From: Candidatus Krumholzibacteriia bacterium
GTDB lineage: Bacteria; Krumholzibacteriota; Krumholzibacteriia; Krumholzibacteriales; Krumholzibacteriaceae
Direction: 5' to 3'
DNA length: 64,000 nt
Assembly (NCBI GenBank): GCA_023131975.1
Contig: JAGLYV010000084.1
Span: 1,065-65,064 of the forward strand
Positions 41,780-52,089 of this stretch are shown in pieces. A program made the translations under genes and the position numbers. The notes beneath the pieces were generated by a model. The model saw only the letters and a list, made by a program, of their open reading frames with translations, ran no database searches and was not told where the DNA came from. The number at the start of each line of letters is the position of its first letter. The stretch's first letter is position 1.

Positions 41780-43726
41780 CTATAGCGAATCGAGGAATGT
41801 CTCGAATCTCTGGTCGTTCGTTTTTGGTTCGACCGAAGCGGGTCGTTCGGTCGCTGTTTCTTTTTCAACAACAGGGTCGATCCTGAAATCAGGAGGAAGG
41901 ACCCTGAAATTCTTCTGTTCCCTCGCGGGCCTGACTCTCAGCGAGATCAGATGTACGACCAGGATCACAGATATCAGGAAAATGACTCTGAAAAACGGGT
42001 CGGTGAGAGGGAGTCCCCTCGGGTCAGGGAAATACATCCCGGCCCATATAAGCGAGAGAGCGGCCGAGACCTCGACATAGATCGCGATGATACCGCGGTG
42101 AGTCTTTCCAGACATCAGCCAGGTGGAACCGGGCACAAATGCGGTTTTCAGTCTTTTCCGGGAGGATCTGCTGCCCGAGACTTTCTGCCTGCGATGTCTC
42201 AGAAGAGCTTCCATTACCTTTACCGAAGAGAGGCCTCTGATCGTTTTTGAGCAGTCAGCGCAGAGTCTGAGACCGGTCGTGTCCTCTGAACATTCAGGGC
42301 AGGTCGCCGATCCACAATTTTCGCAGTTGAAGGCAGTGAACAAAGCCAGGGTCTTTCGCGAGAGGACCATAGCTGTCATCAACGCGGCCGCCAGGACATA
42401 CCCCAGCCATCCAAACGGGATCAGGAGGTAGGGCCTGAGTAGCTTGTCGAATAGAATGTCGTTCTGTCCGCGGCTTTCGCGCCAGGCGATCGACCACAGT
42501 TCGGTTGTGGGGAATCCTTCGTCGTACACGGTGAGGTCCCTGAGCATTACGGCCGGATGTCCGGCTCTGTATTTTTCTATACCCTCAACGCTCGCTTTCT
42601 TAAGAGCCCGACTCGACTGGGCGAAAAGCATCTTGTTTATATATGCCTGGCCTATATTGAAATGAGCCAGGGCGCTGGTCGAATCAATAGCTATGACGCT
42701 CTGGTAACCGGCAAGGGCCTTGTTGTAATCGGCCTGCATGAAATAGACGTTTCCCAGGTTCAGATAGGCCTGGGGGAAGTCAGACCTTCTGGAAACGGAT
42801 GAGAGCAGGGCCTGTCTTGCCATATCGTACCGGCCAAGTCTGTAGTTCAATGTCCCCAGCGCAAAATCTTTCTCGGCAATAAAATCTCTGTTATCGATCG
42901 TTCTTATGGAATTGTACAGTTCTCCGTCGACTCCAGACATGTTCATCATCGAGAATCTCCGGGTTATGCTGCCCTCGTCCACTGCCGGTATGAGAACGTT
43001 ACTGAACGGCGCCGACAGGGAAAAAGCGATGACCAGTACCGTCAGGAAAGACAGGGCTGTCCTTTCCCTCTTGTTAATAACAGGCCACAGGCTGAGGATC
43101 AGTAGCGAGGCGTAGATGGCGATGCCCAGCCGCATGAACAGAAGCGAGATGATTATCAGGCTGCCGATAAATCTTCCCGGAGGGAAGGCGAATCTTTTCG
43201 AATACGATTCGTTGATACGATGCTCTATCAATCGCCAGTACTTCCAGAGCAGGATCACCATAGCCATGAGGAGAGTCACGGTGGTAGCGCATACGATCAA
43301 GAAGAGAAGATTGATGGCAAGTAATGACTGACGGTGGTAATTACCGGCAGTCCGCTTGATACCTTCGATGAGATGGTAGAGGAAATCGGGATGAGCGTGC
43401 ATGAGTTCGACTCGTGCCAGAGTGAACATCGGATCGGCGTAATCGCCTGATATCGTGGCGCAGAGGGTCAGTTTTTCTCTCGCCTTTTCCCAGTCTCCGC
43501 TTTCGAGAGTTTCGATAGCCTCACGGTAGAGGACCCTCGAAGTGGTGTATAGTGACGGAGCTCCTCTACGGAGTTCGTTGCTCGTGAATTCTTTGAGATT
43601 CGGATTGGATATATTATCCAACGAGTTAGCAACGGCGGGCATGCAGAATGCGACCGATACGATGACACTCAGCAGCGCCGTATACAGATGGCTCGCCTTA
43701 ACTTCTTGAAAAAATAGCCGGTTCAC
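41780..43726 (-). CDS. tetratricopeptide-repeat integral membrane protein
   Basis: Multiple TM helices plus TPR-like repeats and a CxxC..CxxC cluster; 648 aa. Confidence 0.65.
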   Translation of the reverse strand: MNRLFFQEVKASHLYTALLSVIVSVAFCMPAVANSLDNISNPNLKEFTSNELRRGAPSLYTTSRVLYREAIETLESGDWEKAREKLTLCATISGDYADPMFTLARVELMHAHPDFLYHLIEGIKRTAGNYHRQSLLAINLLFLIVCATTVTLLMAMVILLWKYWRLIEHRINESYSKRFAFPPGRFIGSLIIISLLFMRLGIAIYASLLILSLWPVINKRERTALSFLTVLVIAFSLSAPFSNVLIPAVDEGSITRRFSMMNMSGVDGELYNSIRTIDNRDFIAEKDFALGTLNYRLGRYDMARQALLSSVSRRSDFPQAYLNLGNVYFMQADYNKALAGYQSVIAIDSTSALAHFNIGQAYINKMLFAQSSRALKKASVEGIEKYRAGHPAVMLRDLTVYDEGFPTTELWSIAWRESRGQNDILFDKLLRPYLLIPFGWLGYVLAAALMTAMVLSRKTLALFTAFNCENCGSATCPECSEDTTGLRLCADCSKTIRGLSSVKVMEALLRHRRQKVSGSRSSRKRLKTAFVPGSTWLMSGKTHRGIIAIYVEVSAALSLIWAGMYFPDPRGLPLTDPFFRVIFLISVILVVHLISLRVRPAREQKNFRVLPPDFRIDPVVEKETATERPASVEPKTNDQRFETFLDSL

Positions 43727-43921
43727 GGAATTTCGCGATCCCCTCTCGGAATTTTTGGTTCAAAATGTTCCTTCAGATGTTCCATTCGGCAATAATCGTG
43801 CCGTGTAGTGTAAAGGAAGGACCGATTTCAATTCTCTTTACAATAGACGGTAAGGATGTTAAATAGATATAGGTTCCGGGTGGTCCGGGACGTTTTTCAA
43901 CAGAATGGAAAGGAGAGCGCT

Positions 43922-45232
43922 ATGCAGCCGGCGGAAATAAGTGGAATCGGTCAGTACACCGGGCAGGAAGTCTTGTTGAAAGGCTGGTTGGAGAATATGC
44001 GCTCCAGTGGAAAGATCCTTTTCATCCAGATGAGGGACGGTACCGGCCTGATCCAGTGTATAGTAGAGAAATCGGTCCTCGGGGACGAACTTTTCGAGCA
44101 GGCAAAAATGCTTACTCAGGAATCATCGTTCGAGATCACCGGTACGGTCCGTGAGGACGCGCGGGCTCCAGGCGGATATGAGCTGGGAGCGACAGGGATA
44201 AAGGTGATCCAGGTAGCGGAGCCTTATCCGATAACACATACAGGGATCGGTGACAGGGAACACAGTGACTCATTCCTTATGGACCACAGGCACCTTGCCC
44301 TGAGAGTCCCGAGACAGAATGCCATCCTCAGGATCAGGGCCAGCCTGATCAGATATATTCGTGATTTTTTCGACAACAGGGGATTCATCCTCTGCGATAC
44401 GCCGATATTCACACCGAGCGCCTGCGAGGGGACGACCACTCTCTTTGAGACCGAATACTTCGGCGACAAGGCATATCTCACGCAGAGCGGGCAGCTCTAC
44501 AACGAGGCGACCGCGGCCGCGTTCAGGAAGGTCTATTGTTTCGGCCCTACTTTCAGGGCGGAAAAATCGAAGACGAGAAGACATCTGATAGAGTTCTGGA
44601 TGGTGGAGCCCGAAGTTGCTTTCGCTCTTCTCGACGACATCATGCAGCTTGCCGAGGATTTCATTGTCGAGATCGTCGGGCGCACCCTCGAGGATCACAG
44701 GGACCTTCTGACGGGAGTCCTTGAGAGGGATATCGCTTCACTCGAAAAGGTGCAGTCTCCCTTCCCGAGAGTAAGTTATATGGAAGCCGCGGCGATCCTG
44801 AAGAAAAAGGGGATCGATTTTGAGGTCGGTGGCGATTTCGGGGCGAAAGACGAGACGGTCCTGACCGAAGATTTCGACAGGCCTTTCTTTGTCCACAGAT
44901 TCCCGGCAGCGATCAAGGCCTTTTATATGGAACCTGATCCTGTGGACCCGACTCTCAGTCTCTCGGTCGACCTTCTGGCGAACGAGGGGTATGGCGAGAT
45001 CATCGGCGGCGGACAGAGAGCTTATGACCTCGATTTTCTCAAAAAGAGGATCGCGGAGCACGGGCTACCCGAAAAAGCCTTCGACTGGTATCTCGATCTG
45101 AGACGCTACGGCGGATTTCCCCATTCTGGATTTGGCCTGGGTGTAGAGAGGACACTTACGTGGATATGCGGTATTAACCACGTGAGGGACACGATCCCCT
45201 TCCCGAGGCTTCTCAACCGGTTGTCTCCCTGA
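43922..45232 (+). CDS. asnS: asparagine--tRNA ligase
   Basis: Class II aaRS motifs ([18 protein letters not shown]); start chosen at ATG 43922 preceded by SD AAAGGAGAG rather than the upstream 43856 ATG. Confidence 0.9.
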   Translation: MQPAEISGIGQYTGQEVLLKGWLENMRSSGKILFIQMRDGTGLIQCIVEKSVLGDELFEQAKMLTQESSFEITGTVREDARAPGGYELGATGIKVIQVAEPYPITHTGIGDREHSDSFLMDHRHLALRVPRQNAILRIRASLIRYIRDFFDNRGFILCDTPIFTPSACEGTTTLFETEYFGDKAYLTQSGQLYNEATAAAFRKVYCFGPTFRAEKSKTRRHLIEFWMVEPEVAFALLDDIMQLAEDFIVEIVGRTLEDHRDLLTGVLERDIASLEKVQSPFPRVSYMEAAAILKKKGIDFEVGGDFGAKDETVLTEDFDRPFFVHRFPAAIKAFYMEPDPVDPTLSLSVDLLANEGYGEIIGGGQRAYDLDFLKKRIAEHGLPEKAFDWYLDLRRYGGFPHSGFGLGVERTLTWICGINHVRDTIPFPRLLNRLSP

Positions 45233-45344
45233 TCGACTTATCTCGCAGGATCGTCCGATCATCCGGCGGGATTCCACGATTATAATCTGAAGAATGACCG
45301 GGAACCGGTAGTCAATCAGCATTCAAAACTATTGTCAATTTTTC

Positions 45345-45373
45345 TTGACAGGTGTGCCTGGTGGGTGTATGAT
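45345..45373 (+). promoter_or_regulatory. sigma-70-like promoter (TTGACA-17 bp-TATGAT)
   Basis: Near-consensus -35 and -10 hexamers with 17-bp spacer seen in sequence. Confidence 0.4.
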
Positions 45374-45379
45374 TATCCC

Positions 45380-45510
45380 TAGGTAGAAATACCTATGCAG
45401 GGATCGATCAAGCAGCTTCATAACTGAGAGCACCGGGGGGGCATAGACCGGGCTGATGATCGCCCGGGATGAAATCGGGGGGAAGGCTTTGCGGCCTTTC
45501 CCCCCTTTTT
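45380..45510 (+). ncRNA. candidate small RNA of about 130 nt (promoter-to-terminator unit, unknown family)
   Basis: Bounded by the promoter above and a strong intrinsic terminator; contains a GAAA-tetraloop hairpin (AGGTA-GAAA-TACCT) and no ORF. Confidence 0.3.
45476..45510 (+). terminator. rho-independent terminator
   Basis: CGGGGGGAAGGC-TTTGC-GGCCTTTCCCCCC followed by TTTTT. Confidence 0.65.
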
Positions 45511-45700
45511 ATGGAATGTCTTTGACTATGTTTCTCGGGAGGAGTATAAATGGCGCGCAGGCTTGGTTTGATGAGTTGCATGTCAGAGAGGTAAGTGAAA
45601 CGGATCAGTAAGAAATCGCGAAGGTGAATTCATGAATGCGTTTTCACTGGATACGTTTCACGATGTCAGCAGCGGCATGGATTACAGAAGGGCTTGATCG

Positions 45701-45931
45701 ATGAGTAGACAAAAAGGTAATAATCCACTGCATGGCATTACACTTGAGCAGATAGTGAGTAGCCTGGTCGAACATTATGGCTGGAGCGAGTTGGGCAAGC
45801 ACATTAAGATCCGATGTTTCAACAGTGACCCCTCAGTCAAATCCAGCCTGAAATTCCTGCGAAAGACCCCCTGGGCAAGGAAAAAAGTCGAGGACCTGTA
45901 CATCATCACACAGAAAAAGAGCAGATCATGA
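45701..45931 (+). CDS. small VF530/DUF2132-like protein
   Basis: 76 aa; [24 protein letters not shown] resembles the VF530 family. Confidence 0.5.
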   Translation: MSRQKGNNPLHGITLEQIVSSLVEHYGWSELGKHIKIRCFNSDPSVKSSLKFLRKTPWARKKVEDLYIITQKKSRS

Positions 45932-46018
45932 GAATTGTCGATCTGCAAGGATTCCTGCCGCTAGCGCTGGCGGTGGCGCGGATCGTATATTAATTGTCGG
46001 GCCGATCTGGGGGTAAAG

Positions 46019-46315
46019 TTGAAGATTATCAAAGAAAACCGACTTGATAGTATTCCCGGTATAGGGAAGAGCCTGGCTCAAGACCTGATGGATCTTGGGT
46101 ACAGGAGAGTTTCCGATCTCAGAGGTTCGGATGCTGCAGAGATGTATCAGAGACTCCAGGATTTACATGGCACATATATTGATAGGTGCGTGTTGTATGC
46201 GTTTCGTTGTGCAATTTATTGTGCCAGTACTGAAAGTCCACATCCGGATTTGCAGAAGTGGTGGAATTGGAAGGATAAGGAATCTCACAGCGATGGAATC
46301 AGATCTGGACAATAA
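46019..46315 (+). CDS. helix-hairpin-helix DNA-binding protein ('pathogenicity locus'/Cdd1-like)
   Basis: IPGIGKSLAQDLMDLGYRRVSDL HhH motif; apparent TTG start. Confidence 0.5.
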   Translation: MKIIKENRLDSIPGIGKSLAQDLMDLGYRRVSDLRGSDAAEMYQRLQDLHGTYIDRCVLYAFRCAIYCASTESPHPDLQKWWNWKDKESHSDGIRSGQ

Positions 46316-46326
46316 GGAGTCGAGGT

Positions 46327-47154
46327 ATGAAGATCAGGACCCGATCGACATTAATCGTGGCAGTGCTGTTTTTCGCCGTTACCACATTCTGGCTGCTTGT
46401 CGGTTGCAGCGATAGTACCGAACCGAAAGCTTCGACCACCGGCAGCGCTATGATTACCTGCAATCCGGCGGGGATCGATCCGTCATGGAATCTGTCCGGC
46501 CCCGGCAGTTACAATTACGATGCCACTGGCGACATCACTCTGGATCGCCTTGCGGAAGGCGACTATACTATCACCTGGGGCGATGTCAGCGGCTATGTCA
46601 CACCGGCGTCGGAAACACTCAGCCTGACAGCCGGTAATACAGTGGAATTTACAGCTACATACACTGAGGCGATCGGGACAATAGTAATCGAAAACGATCC
46701 GGACGAACTCTATGTAAGATGGAATCTGACTGGACCGGATGGGTTCAATATGGATCTTTGGGAAGAGACCACTATCCCCAACCGTCCGATCGGTGATTAC
46801 ACCATCACCTGGGGAGAGCAAAGTGACTGGATCACTCCCTCCCCGGAGACCCAGGCGCTCGCCGCTGGAGATACGATCGTTTTCGAAGCCATCTATGTTC
46901 CGGGCCCCAATACGATCCTGGTCACCAGCGAGCCTGATGGTGTCTGCGACGGCTGGAATATGCATGGCCCCAACAGCTTCAGCGCCGGCAGTACGGGAGG
47001 ATTTGCCCTGCTGAGTCACTATGTCGTTCCCGGCGAATACAGCATAACCTGGAATTCTGTCGATGGATGGAACACTCCGGCTCCCGAAACCCTGACCTTG
47101 GCCGAGGACGGCACGATTAATTTTCACGGAGTCTATACTGCCATCAGCAGGTAA
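46327..47154 (+). CDS. lipoprotein with three tandem ~70-aa repeat domains
   Basis: Signal peptide with lipobox LLVGC; three repeats sharing W.L.GP...GDYTITWG..SG..TP..ET..L.AG.T..F...Y. Confidence 0.6.
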   Translation: MKIRTRSTLIVAVLFFAVTTFWLLVGCSDSTEPKASTTGSAMITCNPAGIDPSWNLSGPGSYNYDATGDITLDRLAEGDYTITWGDVSGYVTPASETLSLTAGNTVEFTATYTEAIGTIVIENDPDELYVRWNLTGPDGFNMDLWEETTIPNRPIGDYTITWGEQSDWITPSPETQALAAGDTIVFEAIYVPGPNTILVTSEPDGVCDGWNMHGPNSFSAGSTGGFALLSHYVVPGEYSITWNSVDGWNTPAPETLTLAEDGTINFHGVYTAISR

Positions 47155-47257
47155 TCAGTAGTGCCAGGCTATCTGACTTTGGAATAGCATACGCCTTTGC
47201 GGTAGCCGTTAAGCCTGGTCCACTCCAGACCTGTATCATTTCCCGGACTCTTAAAAA

Positions 47258-47294
47258 GGGATGGCGTTCGACCCTGTCCGCGCCATCCCTTTTC
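47258..47294 (+). terminator. rho-independent terminator
   Basis: GGGATGGCG-loop-CGCCATCCC followed by TTTT. Confidence 0.6.
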
Positions 47295-47747
47295 TGTTGC
47301 ATTTTGAATGTTCCCATTTGTCCCTGCTTGTACCGCATGCTTCCGTGAAGTTGAAGATTATGCCCTGACATTGATTATATTCCTTCGATGTCCTTCCTGA
47401 ATATGCAACAGCCAGGGTCCCCCGAAACGTGATAAAGAGCGATATCCACCGGCTCAGAGGAATGTTTTTTAAGATCTTTTCACCGATTCAACTTCCTTGA
47501 ATATCAGAGAGTTGGCTGAATGCGGCCGGGCCCGCGTGTGTCCCGTTTTTTCGCTCGTGGCTTGTTTCTTGAAGTGGGTGTGGGCAGAAGTATACGAGGA
47601 TATCTAAAGCATGACGGAAACATCACGACCTGCGGGGAAAGAATCGGATCGTATGATCCACGATAAAACATCTGGCGATATCTAAAATAAGAACCCCGTG
47701 GGCGCACAGACAATAAATCCAGAACTAGAACACAGTATCGAGAGAGG

Positions 47748-50700
47748 GTGAAGATCGTGTGTGACGCAACGATAAGATTCCTGCATGCGGCTATTGCCGT
47801 ATCGGTGGTGTGCATCATGTCCGCGGCGCTGTTGAGCGGACCTGCACATGCACAGACATATACCAGATTACAGGTGCTTCTGCCCGGTGAAGTCGAGGCC
47901 CCCGGCACGCCTCAGGGCAAGGCGGGCTCTCCGGCGGCCCAGGCCGCGGGAGTACCCTTTACCGTCCGGATAAGGGCATGCGACGACCAGTGGAATACGG
48001 TTTCGATTACCCACGCGGTTTCCATAACCTGCTCTGATGAGAGCGCCACATATCCGGACCAGGCGACACTCAGCGGCGGCGAGGTTCAATTCAGTGCCAC
48101 GCTCAACGCCGGAGGGTCGTTCACATTTACTACGGGTGACCTCACAGATCCGACCGTCCCCGACGCAGTGTCCGCATCGGTCGATGTGATGGTGCTGCAG
48201 GGTTTCCTCTTCAACGACATCAGTCAGAAGCACTGCTACGCAGGCGTACCGGAGAACTATACGCTGACCGCGGTGGATGCCGGCGGCAATACGGTCACGG
48301 GTTTTACCGGCACCGTCAGACTCCGCCAGATCACCAGTTACGGAGAGGGGCGTATATCCCCGGAGCAGATCACTCTGACCGCTGGAACGTGGAGCGGACA
48401 GTTAACGATGTATCGTGCCGACGAGAGCAGCATCAACCGGGGCAACGTCAACATATACGCCTACCTTGAGGCGAACTCCGCGAAGAACGGGACGAGCGAT
48501 CCGTTTATCGTTCATCCCGGCTCGTTTTCCCAGCTGCAGATCGTAGTACCGGGGCAGGGTCCTCTGCCCGGGAGCGTCTCCGGCCTGACCGGTTCGCCCG
48601 CTACGCAGGCGGCCGGCACGGGATTCGTAGTCGACGTCTTCGCAACCGACCAGTACTGGAACCTTGTTCCCAGCGCTGACGTGGTGAGAATAGTTTCCAG
48701 CGATCCGGCCGCGAACACGCCCGTATCGGGACCGCTCACCGGTGGGCTCGGACAGTTTGCCGTGTCGCTCGGGACGGTCGGTGCGCAGACGCTCAGCGTG
48801 AGCGACCAGACAAACGGTTCGATATCGGGGATGACCAGCGAGCCGATCACCGTCATACCAAGCGCGCCGGACCATTTCGAGATCAGCGCGATATCCTCGC
48901 CAGTTACAGCCGGTGTACCGGTCAGCGTTACGATAACGGCCGCCGACATCGGTGGAAACACCATACCGGACTACCAGGGTGATGCGATCCTTGCCGCCAA
49001 TACGGGACCGGGAAGCATATCGCCCGAGGCGATCACTTTTTCCGGTGGTGAGTGGACCGGCGACATGGTCTTCAGGGGCGCCGGAGCGGCGGTCTCGTTC
49101 ACATGTTCCGACTACTCGACTCCCCCGAACACGGGTACGAGCGGGAATTTCCAGGTACTCCCCGGCCCGTTCGAGGGACTCCAGGTTCTGCTGGCGGGAC
49201 AAATGGCCCGCGGCGGCACCGTATCGGGGTACAGCGGTGAGCCGACTGCCCAGAACGCCGGTTCCCAGTTCACGATCAGGGTACGTGCCGTGGACTATTA
49301 CTGGAACCTTGTACCGGACGTAAACGACCGCGTCTCACTCGGATCGACCGATCTATTTGCCGATATGCCGGTCGAGACGACCCTGACCGGAGGAGAAATA
49401 TCCCTGCCCGTCACACTCTATTCGTGCGGGATGCAGACTATAAACACATCGGACCTCGACACGCCGGGCATCTCGCCTCACACGTCGAGGCCGGTCGAGA
49501 TAATCCCGGGATCGTACGCGAGGATACTACTACTCGCTCCGGGCGAGGAGCCCGCGCCGGGCACCGAGTCGGGAAGGACCGGGACAGCTACAGACCAGTC
49601 GATAAGCTATTCGTTCACCGTGACGGTCTATGCCACAGATCAGTGGTGGAACCCCGTGACCGGTGTGAGCGACGTCATACATCTGACGTCCAACGATCCG
49701 CTTGCCGAGCTTCCCGCCGACGCTCCGATGTCGAACGGGCGGGCCGACATGTCCATGAGGCTCTCCACGGGAGGGTACCAGCAGATCACTGCGTCGAACG
49801 TGACCCAACCGGTGATGCCGGTAAGCACGACCCAGGTCAGGGCGATCTCGAGCGGTTTTCATCTCGAGGCCGAACTGACGCCTCCGATGGTAAAGGCCGG
49901 GGAGGAGTTCCAGTTGACAGTGAAGGTCACCAACGACGCGGGGAGCGTCATCCAGGAGATAAACTCCATCGTCAACCTGACCGTGATGAACGCGTCGACA
50001 CAGGACCCCGGCAGGGGCGACCTTCTCGTGACGAGTTTTCAGCTGCTCCAGGGGCAGAGAATCGTCACCGAGACGTACACCTTTGTCGAACCGATAGTCA
50101 TAGTGGCGACCGACGACATGGGTAACGATCCGGCTGCTACCGGCGTCCTCGTCGTCAACCCGGGCGATCCCGATGCGGTCGATCTCTCGTGCAGCCCCTC
50201 GTGGGTCGGAGGAAACAAACACGCGGCGGTCAGCGCCGCAGTGGTAGACGCCTTCGGCAACGGTATTCCCGATCTGGAGGTCGTGTTCGACCTCATAGCG
50301 GGAGAGGGCGAGTTGACTCAGCTCGATACGTTGACCGGCGACGATGGCGTCGCAGAGGCGGACTTCTACAGTTCGCGTGTACCGGGGGTCAGCAGGGTAC
50401 GCGCAGAGTGTGGTCTTCTCATCGCCGAGCTCGACATCGAGACGGCGCTGGTAAACCCCAACCTGCCAGGCGGGACGATAACGAACTATCCGAACCCGTT
50501 CCATCCAGGAGAGGGTTCGACGACGATCGCATACAAACTTTCCGACAATGCCAATGTGAAGCTGGAGATCTACACGCTCAGCGGTACATTCGTGCTGCGC
50601 GAGGATTTCTCCGCAGGCTCGCAGGGTGGAATGTCGGGACTTAACGAATTCGCATGGGACGGCCGCAACGGAAACGGTGCATACGTCTCCAGCGGAGGCT

Positions 50701-50777
50701 ATATCGTACTTGTCGAGGCGGAGGGCCACGGCGAGACACTACATGTAATGCGCCGCAGAGTCGGCGTAGTGCGCTAA
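47748..50777 (+). CDS. large secreted Ig-like-repeat protein with T9SS C-terminal sorting domain (T9SS cargo)
   Basis: Signal peptide ending AHA|Q; many about 100-aa beta-rich repeats; C-terminal NYPNPFHPGEGSTTIAYKL...VKLEIYTLSGTFV...FAWDGRNGNG..VSSGGYIVLVEA matches the Por/T9SS type-A CTD. Confidence 0.75.
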   Translation: MKIVCDATIRFLHAAIAVSVVCIMSAALLSGPAHAQTYTRLQVLLPGEVEAPGTPQGKAGSPAAQAAGVPFTVRIRACDDQWNTVSITHAVSITCSDESATYPDQATLSGGEVQFSATLNAGGSFTFTTGDLTDPTVPDAVSASVDVMVLQGFLFNDISQKHCYAGVPENYTLTAVDAGGNTVTGFTGTVRLRQITSYGEGRISPEQITLTAGTWSGQLTMYRADESSINRGNVNIYAYLEANSAKNGTSDPFIVHPGSFSQLQIVVPGQGPLPGSVSGLTGSPATQAAGTGFVVDVFATDQYWNLVPSADVVRIVSSDPAANTPVSGPLTGGLGQFAVSLGTVGAQTLSVSDQTNGSISGMTSEPITVIPSAPDHFEISAISSPVTAGVPVSVTITAADIGGNTIPDYQGDAILAANTGPGSISPEAITFSGGEWTGDMVFRGAGAAVSFTCSDYSTPPNTGTSGNFQVLPGPFEGLQVLLAGQMARGGTVSGYSGEPTAQNAGSQFTIRVRAVDYYWNLVPDVNDRVSLGSTDLFADMPVETTLTGGEISLPVTLYSCGMQTINTSDLDTPGISPHTSRPVEIIPGSYARILLLAPGEEPAPGTESGRTGTATDQSISYSFTVTVYATDQWWNPVTGVSDVIHLTSNDPLAELPADAPMSNGRADMSMRLSTGGYQQITASNVTQPVMPVSTTQVRAISSGFHLEAELTPPMVKAGEEFQLTVKVTNDAGSVIQEINSIVNLTVMNASTQDPGRGDLLVTSFQLLQGQRIVTETYTFVEPIVIVATDDMGNDPAATGVLVVNPGDPDAVDLSCSPSWVGGNKHAAVSAAVVDAFGNGIPDLEVVFDLIAGEGELTQLDTLTGDDGVAEADFYSSRVPGVSRVRAECGLLIAELDIETALVNPNLPGGTITNYPNPFHPGEGSTTIAYKLSDNANVKLEIYTLSGTFVLREDFSAGSQGGMSGLNEFAWDGRNGNGAYVSSGGYIVLVEAEGHGETLHVMRRRVGVVR

Positions 50778-50791
50778 GGCGGGAGGAGCCC

Positions 50792-52072
50792 ATGAAACGC
50801 TTACATAAATACGTAAATACGAGGCGTGCGGCGTCCCTCGCTCTCGGTCTCTGCATTCTCGCAGTCACCGGGACAGGCGCCCTTGCCCAGGACGAACGGG
50901 GCGGCGCCCCTGGCGACTGGCTGTCAAATTACGCCACCGCGCGTACCGTCGGAATCGGCGGCGCGTTCGTCTCAGTCGCCAACGAGCCGGTGGGCGCGAT
51001 CTGGAACCCCGCCGCGCTTACCCAGGTATTCCAGAACGTGATCTTTGTAGAGACGACCCGTCTTTTCGAGGAGACGACGATCAACACATTCAGTTTCGGG
51101 ACTCCGGAGCGGTCGCTGCTCCCCGGATTCGGGTTGACCGTCATATCCCTCAGTTCGGGCGCATTTGAAAAGACGAACGAACTCAACGATGTGATCGGCG
51201 AGTTTGAGGAGGGCGAGACAGCCTTCCTGCTCTCCGCATCAAAGAGCATAAGCAGGCGTGTCGCGTTCGGTGCCAACCTCAAGGTCATACGACAGAGCAT
51301 CGACGAGTTCAGCGCCTCGGGCGCTGGTGCCGATTTCGGTGTCCTGTTCCACGCTATGCCATCGGTGACGATCGGGGCCTCGGTCCTGAACATCGGTGGT
51401 CCCGGACTGAAGCTGAGGGAGATCGAGGAGACTTATCCCGCTGATTACCGCGGCGGAGCGACCCTGCGATTTCTCGGCGGCCGGGCGATGCTGACTACCG
51501 AGATCGCTGGCAGGGCTGGCTATGGGGCCAAGCTCCACGCCGGCACAGAGTTTCAGGTCCACCCGATGCTGGCGCTGAGGATGGGCTACAACGACAGTTA
51601 TTTTTCCGGTGGCGCGAGTTTCGATCTCGCAGGCGGGATGAGGTTCGACTACGGCATGTCCGACCACTTGCTCGGCACGGTCCACCGGATCGGACTCTCC
51701 TACAGCTTCGGCGGTTTCTACGCCAGGGCGCAGGCAGATCCGCCGGTCTTTTCCCCGATAGGGGTGCAGTCGGTCACAAGGTTCGATCTCGAGGCGAGGA
51801 CAAAGGCCGACGCGGTCAGATGGAGTCTCGATATCGTCGATAAATCCGATCAGGTCGTTCGCAGGTTCAGAGGCGCGGGCAAGCCTCCCGCGCACGTCAT
51901 GTGGGACGGAAAGAACGAGAAAGGCATGCCTCTGGCCGACGGTGTCTACAGGTACCAGCTCGTGGTCATAGACGCTGAGGGCAGGGAGACCGATGGGAGG
52001 CAGCAGACTGTCGAGATCATGACGGCTGGCCCCCAGGGTAGCGTACCGATCATAGTAGGTAAGGAAAGCTAG
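50792..52072 (+). CDS. PorV/PorQ-family (FadL-like) outer-membrane beta-barrel protein with C-terminal FlgD-Ig-like domain
   Basis: Signal peptide ending ALA|Q; ARTVGIGGAFVSVANEPVGAIWNPAAL motif typical of the PorV/PorQ/FadL family; C-terminal WDGKNEKGMPLADGVYRYQLVV Ig-like module; start at ATG 50792 with SD GGGAGGAG. Confidence 0.5.
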   Translation: MKRLHKYVNTRRAASLALGLCILAVTGTGALAQDERGGAPGDWLSNYATARTVGIGGAFVSVANEPVGAIWNPAALTQVFQNVIFVETTRLFEETTINTFSFGTPERSLLPGFGLTVISLSSGAFEKTNELNDVIGEFEEGETAFLLSASKSISRRVAFGANLKVIRQSIDEFSASGAGADFGVLFHAMPSVTIGASVLNIGGPGLKLREIEETYPADYRGGATLRFLGGRAMLTTEIAGRAGYGAKLHAGTEFQVHPMLALRMGYNDSYFSGGASFDLAGGMRFDYGMSDHLLGTVHRIGLSYSFGGFYARAQADPPVFSPIGVQSVTRFDLEARTKADAVRWSLDIVDKSDQVVRRFRGAGKPPAHVMWDGKNEKGMPLADGVYRYQLVVIDAEGRETDGRQQTVEIMTAGPQGSVPIIVGKES

Positions 52073-52089
52073 GAAAGCCACCCGGGAGG

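Noticed and set aside
43727-43921. Possible T-box or attenuator upstream of asnS
   Set aside because: The leader is too short and lacks the T-box consensus. There is only a weak 4-5-bp CCGG stem with a short T tract.
45380-45510. Candidate sRNA compared with the 4.5S SRP RNA, 6S RNA and tmRNA
   Set aside because: It lacks the conserved SRP domain-IV GGAAGCAGCC motif. It is too short for 6S RNA or tmRNA. It is kept only as an unclassified sRNA candidate.
47504-47908. Minus-strand 134-aa ORF and small ORFs in the 47155-47747 intergenic region
   Set aside because: No Shine-Dalgarno site or homology. The 47504-47908 ORF also overlaps the real cargo gene start (47748) on the plus strand. The region is more plausibly the cargo gene's promoter/leader.
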